From Callorhinchus milii (lineage: Eukaryota), in NCBI RefSeq assembly GCF_018977255.1, contig NW_024704742.1, forward strand, positions 56,918,001 through 56,982,000: DNA of 64,000 bases, read 5' to 3'. Below the pieces are notes generated by a model. It made no database searches. It saw nothing but the letters and a program-made list of their open reading frames with translations, and was not told where the DNA came from. The stretch's first letter is position 1; each line of letters starts with the position of its first letter. The translations under genes were made by a program, and so were the position numbers. This document shows positions 24,593-47,100 of the stretch, in pieces.

Positions 24593-25734
24593 GATAACTT
24601 TGTAATAACCTTGTTAGACCTGATTAATGGTTGCTTGGCTTTTCCTTGCTCAGTTTTGTGCGGTAATGCACAAAAAGAAATGTGCAAACTTTTTCCTTAT
24701 CTAACGTCCTTGTTTTTGCTGATGTAGTCATGTAGAGAAGGCATGTTAATTAAATCAAATCATCTTTGTTAGGTGAGGAGTAAGAGCGAGAAAAACGATA
24801 TCTGTGAACCAAACCAGATGATATTGTAGTTAGAGTTGAAGGAAAGGCTAAGTAAACAAATTAGGTATAACTGTCGCCAGTGTAGCTGTTGCTTTTCAAT
24901 AAGGTTAAACTCATATAAGTCAGATCAATCAGGACCATAGTATTTAATATGATTTAGGCGAAGACCGAGTTACAGTATGTTGTATAAAGTCTGATTTAAT
25001 CAATAATCTACACTGGGCATGCGTAATTCAATGCACCCAGTAAGTGCACATGTGGTAGTTTGTCACCAGCCAGTAAATGCACATGGGGTGATGGGTCAGA
25101 CGACATTTCCCGCAATTCAACGCAGCCAGACAGTAAGGGCGCATGCATCAAAGAGTCAGGGTGCCATTTTTCGTGATTCAATAAAACGGTAAGTGCAGGA
25201 GTAATGGACGGTTGGAGAATGCCATTACAATCACATTAGGAGGCGATTAATACGAGGCATGCAAAGAAATCTAAGTGGTTTTGATAGAAAACTGAATGTT
25301 TCTCGGATGAATGTGCGACTTCAGCAATTATACGATTTAAAACGATAAGACTTATGTGAGTTCTACTGTACAGACCTAGGAAGACAAGAGCACACTCGAG
25401 AATACAGCACTCTGAAGCCACTGTACATATGTTCTCCAGAATAAGTAACTATGTCTTTCCTGTACCTTTGGAGTTCCAATAATAAATTGTTAAACTAAGT
25501 TGGACTCTGTGAGCTTGATTATCTGGTGTCCGAAGCCACATGACTCAATCTTTAGATTAAGTATTAATTTGCAGTTCAATTATCATCCACTAAAATGGTG
25601 AGCGTGTTAAAGGGCTGAATGATCTGCTTCTATTCCTATGCATTTATACGACAGTTAGGTGTCAGCCTGGCTCAGTTGCTACAGTATATTCTGAATCGCT
25701 TTTAGATGTTTCTACAATGTGATAAGATGCTATA

Positions 25735-26570
25735 TGGGCAGACACATTGCAGATGAAGTTTAATCTAAAGAAGTGTGAGGAAGAATGAGGAGAGGCAATA
25801 TACACTAAATGGTACAGTTTTAAAGGGGGTTCAGGAGCAGAGAGGCTTGGGGGTTCACATACACAGGTCTTTGAAGGTGGCAGGAGAGGTTGATAGAGTG
25901 GTAAAAAGCATATGGGATCCTTGGTTTTATAAATAGAGGCATAAAGTATAAAAGCAAGGAAGTTCTGCTAAATCTTTATAAGTCACTGGTTAGGCCTCAA
26001 CTGGAGTATTGTATCAATTCTGGACACCACACTTTAGGAAGGATATCAAGGCCTTGGAGAGGGTGCAGGGGAGATTTACGAGAATGGTACCATGGATGAG
26101 GGACTTTAGTTATTTGGATGGTCTAGAAGCTGGGGTTGCTATCCTTGGAGCAGAGAAGTTTAAGGGGTGATTTAATAGAGGTGTTCAAAATTGTGAGAGG
26201 TTTTAAAAGAGTAGATAAGAAGAAACTGTTTCCACTGGCAGATGGGTCAGGAACTACCGCACATAGATTCAAGATAATTGGCAAAAGAACCAGAGGGGAG
26301 ATGAGGAGAATTTCTTTACACAGAGAGTTGAATGTAATCATGTTGTTGTTGTTGTTGTTAAGGTCTGGAATGCACTGCCTGAAAGGGTGCTGGAAACAGA
26401 TTAAAATAGCAACTTTCAAAAGTGAATTAGATAGGTACTTGAAAAGGAAAACATTGCAAGGATATGGAGATAGAGCAAGAGAGTGAAACTGATTGGGTAG
26501 CGCTTCCAAAGAACTAGCACAGGCACGATGGGCTGAATGGCCTCCTTCTGTGCTGTAATATTCTATGATG
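25735..26570 (+). mobile_element. CR1-type LINE 3' fragment
   Basis: LYKSLVRPQLEYC, LEQRSLRGDLIEVFKI, FKSELDRYL motifs; gatgggctgaatggcctccttctgtgctgta tail. Confidence 0.88.
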
Positions 26571-26639
26571 TGGAACTATTGTAATCAGAACTGAATTATT
26601 GTTTGAAATATTGTTTCAGTTAAGTTAGATATTCTCATG

Positions 26640-26885
26640 CATGTTAGCCAATGACAAGCTGACCTGGAGTATGATCATTTTGACTATAAATTGGAAGGGG
26701 AGTGGGGGGGAAGAGGTGGACAGTTTCTATGGTGACTTTGAGTGGGGGGGTGTGGGGGGCGATCAGTGGAAAGCCTGGGTGGGCGTTTTCCATGGTAACA
26801 ATGAGAGGGTGTGAGGTGGCGGGTCCCATAGTGATGGCTGAGTGAGGGGAGGGGGAATTATCAGAGGGGGTGTTTCAGCAGCAGC
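26640..26885 (+). promoter_or_regulatory. putative LRP2BP promoter with RFX X-box
   Basis: GTTTTCCATGGTAAC at 26785-26799, CCAAT 26648, TATAAA 26685, G-rich GC/GT boxes; immediately upstream of ATGAG/gtgagt. Confidence 0.55.
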
Positions 26886-37190
<10,305 letters not shown>

Positions 37191-40004
37191 AAAGCAATTA
37201 TCAGGGTGAATTACTTGAATAATCTCAGTTCCCCTGGATTGTTACGAAGACAACGTTTTCAATCATTGGAGGTTTTCATCATATACATTTCATCATCATT
37301 CGGAAACAATAAATTGCAATGTTGTCAGAAGCTCCTCAGTAAAAAGTTTCAAAAGGTCATGCTTCCTGCAAAGTACTGTCAATACCTCACTGCTAAAATA
37401 ATGTCCTACCTAATGCAGACAAGCATGAGTTTGAATTCTCCAGATTGTAGAGTAACATTTTAGTCCACATCAGATCTGAGAAAGTGGCACCAGCATTAAG
37501 AGCTTTTCAGCAGAATCTGTTTTAGATATAATACACTATTGTGCTGTTTATGAACAAACACCAGTGGGGCAGGGGCGGGGTGGAGGGTGGGGGGGTTGGT
37601 GACTCTACGTTTACCAACATTGGGAATGTGAGCTGATAATAGGAAACAATTTACTTACGAATGTGAATAAGACAACATCTTGTCCCCGCCACAGTACCTG
37701 ACATCTAAAAAATATTCCTTATTTCAGTTTTATAGCTGTCATTCTGGCTCAGTTGGCAGCACTCTTACCTCTAGATCAAAAAAGTTTTGGTTCAAACCCA
37801 CTGTTGGAACTTTGAGCCCATATATTGACATTTCAAAGCAGTTTTACATTGTCAGAAGTGCTGTCTGTTAGTTCAGAAAGATATTAAAGATCTCATTGGC
37901 ACAGCTTGAAAAGAGAAGGGAATGCTGCTTTACACTTTACAGAAAACTCTGTGAAGTACTTAGAAGCATTTAATGTTAAATGCAAGGATTATTGTTGCTG
38001 TACTAAGAAATTATGTCTTCTATTGCTATTTTTATATATTAAACAAAAGCTTGTAATGTAACTTGTTAAGCAATGGTCAACTATTCAATCCGGCTTTAAT
38101 TTTGATCATTTGATGTGATGCTCAATTATTTTTCACATACTGAACATTGGTTACAAGTAAAACAAAATGCAAATTAATTGCTACAGTTGACAGGAAACCA
38201 AACAGCTAAAGATATTATTTAACAAATAATGAGGAACGTTTTAGAACCAAAATATAATTGTACAGCTTCTGATCAGAAAATATGTGTTATATATATACTA
38301 TAGATACACATATATATTATATATAAAATATGTAAACACTTTCAAAATAGGTTTAAAAGAGGGAATATCTGGAGAAAAATGTTCTATTAATATTGATGTA
38401 CAAAGGAAAGTGGAAAGATTTATTTGCAGAAATATGAAAGTTCATCTCTTTAGAATCCAAACTATAAAAATGTAATATAAAGCTCTCCATTGAAAGAAGT
38501 TTAATCTATGAAGTTGTTGAGCAACATCTTTGAAAAGATACTGGGTAAATGCCAGGTTAGAAACAGAATTTAACAACAAATTGCATTTGTATAGTGCCTT
38601 TCACTAGAGGACGTTCCAGTGTGCTGAATTTAAGGTTATAAAATAAGAAAAGTAGTGAAATAATAATTATTTATTAATAATAAAGCTTGCAATTGATATA
38701 GAGTTGAGGATCTCTAATTGCTGTGCAGAATTTACTGTAGTTTGTAGGCAAACGAGGCAGCCAATTTGCGTAAAACAGTGCCTCAAAAACAGCCGTAACG
38801 TGAAGAACCAAATGTTGGTCATTTGGTTATTCCTTTGGAATAAATAAATGATGGCAGGCATATTATAGTCACCGAGTAGCTAGGGCTATCGAATGGTCAT
38901 GTCAAGGAAGACCACTTGCTCCAAGATGTAAAAGAATAGGCTGTAATGGTCAATAGATATTAACCAGGAGATGTTCTTAGAAGGTTCAAGGCTGACAGAA
39001 TGCATTGTAATTTTTTGTCATACATACACACATATACATACATAGATAGTGGGACGTTGCTGTGGCTGCCACATTTCTCCCACAAAACACACTTTACAGT
39101 CTATTCTGTGAAGCACTTTGAGACGTCTTGAAGACATGATAAGGCGCTATATCAAATGCAAGGATTATTATTATTATTAATCATAAAGTGAAATTATAAA
39201 CCACAGCCTGTCTGTATATTGTATGCTTTATAATCAAAACCGAATTTACAGTTCTAGACAAGAATATTCTCTTTCACTGACTTATTTTTAGTGATCATAC
39301 ACAAGATTTTTTTTCATGTACTTTTTTATTCCTCTTTACAAGTATCATTTAAAACTGATTAAAATATCTGTTTGCAGCACCCCCCAAAAGGCTGCTCCAA
39401 CAGATAAAATACTAGGTTAAGTTAGAACTGAATTATTTGCCTTATTGCTGTTGGATATTAAATAAAAAGTAAAAACTGTACAAAATGTTTCCCTTGTCTA
39501 ATTTCCATGAAGGAATTACTGTAAAATATATGGAAATGAATGGGCATGGACATATTCTGCAATGAGTATGTAGTGTGTATTTTATCAACAACTTCACGCA
39601 GGGCAGCATCTTGGAGCACTATCAAGCAAAGGAGATCCAAATAAATTTGCAGAACAAAATCTTTACATTGATGAGGTAGTACAGTACTGCAGGTGCTTGT
39701 GCTATACAAGATGTTATGGTACTGATCGCTCAAAGTTAAAGTCCTGGTGTAAAGTGCCACCTGCTGGAAACTTTCTGCAATGATTCAAGGTTTGTGATCT
39801 GTGCAATACTCAGATAAGGTTATTCTGCATATAGTCCTAGACACTGCACTACAAGGGGAATATGTAGAAGTCATTCACCCAAACTGCAGAACAGGCCACA
39901 CTGTATACTTTTTTTTTTAAAAAAGAGTATATATTTCTTTTTAAATATTCTGAACCAGATAGTGTAGACACTAGCACAAAATAATTACAAATGGGCCCAA
40001 AAGT

Positions 40005-40392
40005 AGCTGAGTCAGAAGCTTCTGGATTCAAATCCCATATCACGACTTGAACTCACATAGTCTAAGGTGATATTCCAATGCACTGCAGAGGTGCCATCCT
40101 TCGGATGAGACGTTAAGCCGAGGTCCCGTCTGCCTGTTCAAGTGGATGTTAAAGATCCCGTAGCACTACTTGAAAAGAGAAGTTCTTCAGGAGTCCTGGC
40201 CAACAATCCCACCAATAAAATTGGTCACTTAATCCACGGCTGTCTGTAGAACATTGCTTGTGCAATTGAATTTGGCATCGTTCTACCTCGTTTGCCAACA
40301 AACACAAAATCACTCCATCTCACAGTAAATCCTGTGAAACCTTTTGAGACATCCTTCAATAAGGCACTATACCAAATGCAAGGATTGTTATT
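40005..40392 (+). mobile_element. Deu-domain SINE (SacSINE1/AmnSINE1-like)
   Basis: gaggtgccatccttcggatgagacgttaagccgaggtcccgtctgcc..aaagatccc core, B-box-like ggattcaaatccc, shared tail. Confidence 0.7.
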
Positions 40393-40506
40393 ATATCATT
40401 TAAAGGAGATTTGATTAAAGTCAGTTATCTGTAATCCATATCATACCTTGCATGATATGATGAACAAAAGAAATTTCCACTGAAGAGTTTCAATGTTTTG
40501 TCATAA

Positions 40507-40512
40507 TTTATT
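40507..40512 (-). terminator. candidate SNX25 polyadenylation signal (another at 40747-40752)
   Basis: tttatt on + downstream of the SNX25 stop. Confidence 0.35.
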
Positions 40513-41036
40513 GCTTATAAATCATCTACACCATTAAAATCTTTGGTAAAAATAAAATCTAGCTCTATTTAACAATAAAATATTCACAATAGTTCTACAT
40601 AAATATTGCACACTGAGGCTATTCAACGATCACCAACAAAGAAAGGAATGTTCAAAAGTCCTCTGTGAGGAAATTGCAACTTATACGACACTGGTCTGTA
40701 CCACCGACAACAAAATAATACAATCCTCAAGTTGCCTTAAAAAATATTTATTCAGTTTCTCACAACATTAATTACTGGCATTTGAACTTCTTAAAGAAAC
40801 ATCAACTACCAGATTTCATGAAAAAAAGAAAAAGTAGCTTTTATGCATTGATTTCACAATGCTGGGACATGGTCATTTCACTTTGTGCTACATCAGTCAT
40901 TGTAAGAGGGGAAAACACCAAATATTAACATATTCAGCCCAAGTGTTCCTCTGGGAAAGTTGCTTTTTTAAACAAACAACAACTTCATGTCCATTAATCC
41001 CTTCCATCAATTCACATATAATGATGAGGTGCTGGA

Positions 41037-41117
41037 TCAACTTGGGCAGATTTTGTGCTCATCCAGATGAGTTCGTAGTTCTGGGCACAGCTCAATCAAT
41101 AGGAGCTCCACCAGCAT
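41037..41117 (-). CDS. SNX25: SNX25 last coding exon
   Basis: tttcag; [26 protein letters not shown]. Confidence 0.9.
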   Translation of the reverse strand: MLVELLLIELCPELRTHLDEHKICPS

Positions 41118-44100
41118 CTGAAAGGTAAAGGTGAAAGACTTAGACATGGAACTGGCATTTTATGCCACCGATAATGATAATAATAGTTGTATTTGCGTTT
41201 TATCACATCGCTGAGATGTCTAAGTACTTCACAGAATATACTATGTAGGTGAATAACTTCAGAAGATCTCAAACTCTCAAAAGCTATCACAGTCAATGTA
41301 CATTTGTAAGCAAACACGATGGTTATTTTGCACGAGGTAATGCCCTACAACAGCTGTGAGTTTGACGACCAATTTTATCCAGTGGATTGATGGTCAGAAC
41401 ACCAGGAATAACTCCCTTCTCTTTTGGAATAGTGTCATGGAATCACCAATGTCCACCTGAACAGGGAAACAAGACACATTTCACCTGAAAGGCAGCACTT
41501 CCTAGATACAACAGTCCTCCAGTAATAATAATAATAATAATCCTTGCATTTGATATAGCGCTTTTCACGTCGGGAGGACGTCCCAAAGCGCTTCACAGAA
41601 CACACTGTAAAGTGAATTGACTGTATATTTGTGGGCGAACGCGGCAGCCAATTGCGCACAGCAATGTCCCACAAACAGTCGTGGATTGAAAATGACCAAT
41701 TTATTATTGTTTTTGGTTTTGGAGGGATTATTATTAGGCGTGTGGAGTAAGGAAACTTACAGTATAGCATTTGCAGTATCAGCCTGGACTATGACTCATG
41801 CCCTAACATGGTCTTAAATGCACAATCTTCAGATACAGAGTCAAGAACGCAATAACCAGCCACACTGTTACAAAACATATACTGATAAAAAATATCAGTA
41901 TCTACTCTGTTGACCCGATTCCACTGTATAATTTAGTCATATAGCTTTTCTAGATATGAAAAATAATCTCCAACAGAGGGAGCTCTACCCACATATATCA
42001 CCATCAAAAAGGAGGTTTTGAAGAAAGCCCCACGAAGCCCATTCCCTCTCATTCTTTCTGAATTTACTGGGTGAGGGTTTAGAGTGGGGGCATGAGCAGA
42101 ATGGGTGCTCTTTTGGTCACATTTGCAACAGCTTCCGGTGACTTTCCGAAATTCCTCAGGCAGCTCTTGGCACATATTTCCCCACAGATGAAATTGTAAT
42201 TTTTTTACTTATTATTCTAAATTATAAGTGGAAAGCAGAGAATGTCAGAACGATCTCCAGGTTCTGTGATGTGAAGCCCAATCAGTAGGGTTGGCATCCA
42301 TATATATATTTTTTAAAAATCGCTAAGTTAATTTTTTTTATGATGCAGGCAGATGAATGACCGAGATACAAGTGAATTAAAACATGGCTGAAATGTGTGC
42401 AGGGGTGGGGGAAAGAGGAGCCTTAAAATGTATCCGTGTAGTGAAAGTGGCCAATGGATGTCTGAAACGTGTTTACTGAGGCAGCAGATGTCTGTGGCTA
42501 CTTCTTAGCTCAAAGGACCAATGGGCGTCTGATAAAAAATTCTGTTTGGAAGATTCCATAAGGATCGTCTGGCTATGAAATTCAATAGATTTCAGAGCCA
42601 CAAGTGTCTGATGTAAACACTAGCTTGGACTGATTTCAAAGGTAAAGAAGAGATGCTCAATTGATTCAATGGAGGAATCACGTGTGCCCTTAGTGAGTCA
42701 ATGCAGGAGCAAAGAGTGACCAACAAATATAAGAAGTTGAAGAAAATTGCTAAACCATGGAAAAAAATGAAGCAATAATCAATGTTATATAACTAAAATC
42801 AGAAAAAAAAACTGATTTCCACCAAACCTAATTATATGCACTGCAAAGATTTGCTGCTGTACTCACATAGAGGAGATGCTTGTTGGCACTGGATTCTTGG
42901 AGTGCATTGAAGACTTTAATGATCCCATGTCGAGCATTCTGCTGGCCAACAAGGTTTTGCAGTGCATCTAGAGAAGAAAGAACTCTCCATTTTACACATC
43001 AAAATGCCTCAAAGTGCTTCATAGTAATTATTCTCAAAGGTTAGTTTGTAGAAGGTAAATACAGCAGCAATTTTGCACACAAGGTCCCAGCAACTGCCAT
43101 GAGGTGAATAATCAATTTATCTGGAGGACTTCTCCTTCTTTTTACGAATGCTGTTGCAAGACCTTTCAAATCTACCCATTGTCAGGTGGACGGGACCTCA
43201 GTATAATGTCTCATCCAAAGTTCTGCACCATCAAAAATGTACCATACCCCCTAACACGGTACGGAGTGGCAGTCTAGATAAGAAGCTCAAATCTTGACAA
43301 AGGGATTGAACCACCAAACATCTGATCCAGAAGCCCTTAACTAGCTGAGAAAAGCTCTGAAGTTACAGCTCTACTTGGCAGGATTTGAGGTCATAGAACT
43401 AATCCACTCATACATGTATAAGGAAGATTATTCTTCAGAAGGCAAACTTGATTTCTGACAACATAAGGGTTAATTGAGGTTTCCGGTTCAAAGTCACTGA
43501 TTGTTGGTTCGTGGTTAGCATTCAGTAAATAAAAAACACTAAGTCAATATCCCACTAACAAGCAGACAAATATTCTGATTAGGGAGTCCAATGTCCCACT
43601 GCCTTCATGGTTACCATGAGAAATGCTGTGAAATGCCTCTGGGTACATTCAATGCACTAAATATCCACTACCATTAAATTAACCCTGCCACTTTCTTCCC
43701 CCACTCCTCAGTAAAAAAAACTGAAACCCTGAGACCAAGCAATTAGAGCACAGCATCAGTGCAGATATGCAGACAAATTTAACTCTGAAAATAATAGTCT
43801 TACATTAACCACTGTTTCATGGAAGCACTTCAGGTATCAAGAGAAATTCTGCCCTGAATTCTGAAAACCAATTTGGATCCACTGTAGAAAACTACATGAA
43901 ACAGGCTGAAAGTTAAATCTTGAATTGTCTGCTATACATTAGCACCAGTCCCTCAATGAAAGTATTCAACTAGTGCAGTGTGCATATTCTTTAAAAGGGG
44001 AAAATGAAATGAAACTGTTTTAAATCCAATTTGGTTTGGTTCAAAGTACCTTTGCAGATTTCTCACAGTCTGCATACCAGCACAGAATGATTTAGTGTTT

Positions 44101-47100
44101 AAATAAATCCTAAATTTAACAAAATTGGATTCAGTATTTCTAATTTTGTTTCTTTACCATACCAATTCTGATCATTATAATGCATTTGCAGATGACAGTG
44201 TGTACAGTCAAGAGCACTGATTAAAGCTATCAGTGCAGTCCTTGCAGAAGGGCTGAATGCCACACCTGGAATGTTGTCGAGTAGTTTCTGCTGTGCCTTG
44301 TTTTTGGTCTCCAGTCGTTGCTGCTCACTTCTGGGGCCTGTAGGGGCCGCTAATTTGCCATCCGGCCAGAAGGCATCTCGAAAGAGATTGATGTAATAAA
44401 CGATCATTTGCTCACCGATGATCCAATTGATTGTGTCACGTATTTGCCTGAAAATAAATTGCAAATTGCACAGCGTCAGATTTTTTAAAAATTACACGCA
44501 AGAAAAATCCAAAATGTGGCAACCAATTTGCACACAGCAATGTCCCACAAACAGCCATGAAGTCAATGACCAATTTTATTTGTACATCTAGCTGTTAGAA
44601 GAAAATGCTACTGACTGAAGTGTGGGCTGCAAATGGCATTTTTGAGGGAGAGCGTGGGTAATTGAAATCCCTGACACGGCTGGCTATTTGCTGTCAGACC
44701 CTATTTTGTTCTGTGGGTCCGAACAAGCTTTCCTCTGCCCCGTGGAGTAATAATTCATCCAAATGAAAAACAACAAAAGGAAATTCAGTTGCTCGCACAA
44801 CCTTGTGAAAATGTTGGCAGCTTTTAGCAGGTGTTCCAGAATCCATTTGTGCTGCTTCAAAGGGCTCATTTACTCCCACAGTCCAAAATACTCATTAGAT
44901 CATGGTGACATGTCTAGCAGTACTGTGATTGCCTTTACCACACCATAATAAAAAAATTCACTCACTGCGAACATTGGTGCTTACTCTGTGTAACTGGACA
45001 TTAAGAACCATTATACTAAATCAAGCGTTCTGGGACTCTACCCTGCGTGAGGGACGCTATATAAATGCAAGTTGTTGCTGCGGGTGACCTCTACATGCCC
45101 AGCGCTGGTACAATTATTAAAAGGATGGTGTCCTACAATGTAATAGTCAGTGACCGCAATCTGTTAACCTAATGCTTCTCCAGCTTCAGTATGTGGGGGT
45201 GGGGGACGACAAAGGGGAGAGATCCCACCTCTGGTCCATTCCCTATGATGTCACATGGCCCGCAAATATGACTCCATAGCTTCATACCCAATAATATCAA
45301 TATTGGGGTTTAACATGTGATGATTTGTACTTGGATTCCTTAATAGGAAAAACTAATGCGGCCACTTCCGGTATCTCCAGGTACATCACATAGACTCGCA
45401 GGATCTCTGTTCTAAAAGTAGTTCCTAGTTTCCTTATCAACGAATCTTATTAGAAATCGCTGCTTATTAGAAATCCCGTGTTCCACCAGATATCATCTTC
45501 TAATAGCCTGACTAGACTTCAAATCCACAGAATGAATGTGATTTTCATATTTTGTTGGTGTAAACATTAAAGACCATTATACTATTTGGTCAGTTGGAGA
45601 TACCTCTTTATGCAGGCAGCTTGTTGTTTGTTTTTTCGTCCGATGCTACACATTGCTAAAGTGTACTCAGCATGGTGCCACATTAGCACTCATGGTAATA
45701 ATAACAATAATAATTATAATTCTTGCATTTGATATAGCACCTTATCACGTCATTGGGACGTCTCAAAGCACTTCACAGAATATTCTGGAAAGTGGATTGA
45801 CTGTGTATTTTGTGGGCAAAACATGGTGGCCAATTGCACACAGCTGTATCCCACAAACAGTCATGGATTGAGTGACCAAATTATTTTTAAGGGATTATTA
45901 CCCTCAATTTGATGAATTTATTACATGAATTTGGGGTGGATTTCAATTTAGAACATAGTTAACAACATAGTAACTATTTTAGGCAGGATTGGCCAACCCA
46001 CCCAATTTTCCAGGCTGTGAGGAATCCACCTCTAACTCCGATAACTCCGGTAGCCAGAAATACATTTATCTAACTTTTCTGGTCAGCCTTATTAAATCCC
46101 TTTGTTATTTGCCTCTAAAGCAGCAGCACAGGGACATACTTAGCAAAAAAAAATGAGAGCAGAAAAGTGGCCCGCAAGCTTTACAGACTACATTAAAATC
46201 AACAACTATATTTAAATTCCAACAAATTGTGCCTATCTGGTATTAACCTGTACCCTTATTTGCAGTTAAGTAAATTTATTTTTCAACGCAAAAAATCTCA
46301 CTTTCACAGCATATCAAAGTGGCAAAGATAAATTCAATTTCTCTGAAGAATCAATATTACCATTAATTTTCAGTCCACGTTAATAAACTAGAATTGTATT
46401 CAATTTCTGAGCTGGGTGGATGCGGAAGGTGGGTGGGGATAGGTTAAAGATGATCAAAAGTGCAGTCAGAAAAAAAAGGTCTCAGACTGGGCTTTAAAGA
46501 TGGGAAAGGGGCAAGGAGGCAGAAAAACTCTGGGATGAAGTTCCAGAAAGTAGGGGCAGAATGGCTAAATGCTCACCCATTGATGATGAGGCAGATTGGG
46601 CGGCGGACATAACAATAATATTAGTCCTTGTATTTGATCTAGCACTTTTCACGTCTTCTAGACGCATCAAAGCGCTTCACAGAATATACTGCAAAGGGAA
46701 TCGACTGTATATTTGTGGACGAAATGCAGCAGCCAATTGCATACAGCAGTGTCTCACAAACAATCGTGGATTGAAATGACCAATATATTATTGTTTTTTT
46801 TTCTTGAGGGATTATTTTCAGGCCCGTGGAGTAAGGAAAATTGCCCAAGGTTTCACCCTGCCAGGAATTGAACCCAGGTCGCTCATGAAACTTCGCTGAG
46901 TGAAAGGAGCAGCCAGGTCTGTAGGGTTATAGGAGGTCATTAGAAGTTGGGAAAGGCAAGACCATAGAGGGGTTTGAAAGCAAGTTCCTTTCTTTAAAGG
47001 AAAGTGCTCTGACAGAATAATTAAAAATTGAGAACTTGTAATTTTGGCTGCATTGCTAACAAACTCCCAGTGCAATTATTTTCCACATGGAATACAAATT

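Noticed and set aside
44099..44464. 121-aa ORF as a standalone gene (likewise 4676-5086, 31451-31741, 56088-56336)
   Set aside because: Each is a genuine exon read through into flanking intron.
44999..45584. ~20-bp near-direct repeat catta(ag/aa)..ccattatacta as a TSD of a composite insertion
   Set aside because: Imperfect, and the enclosed sequence is a mix of fragments; cannot be supported without an empty-site orthologue.
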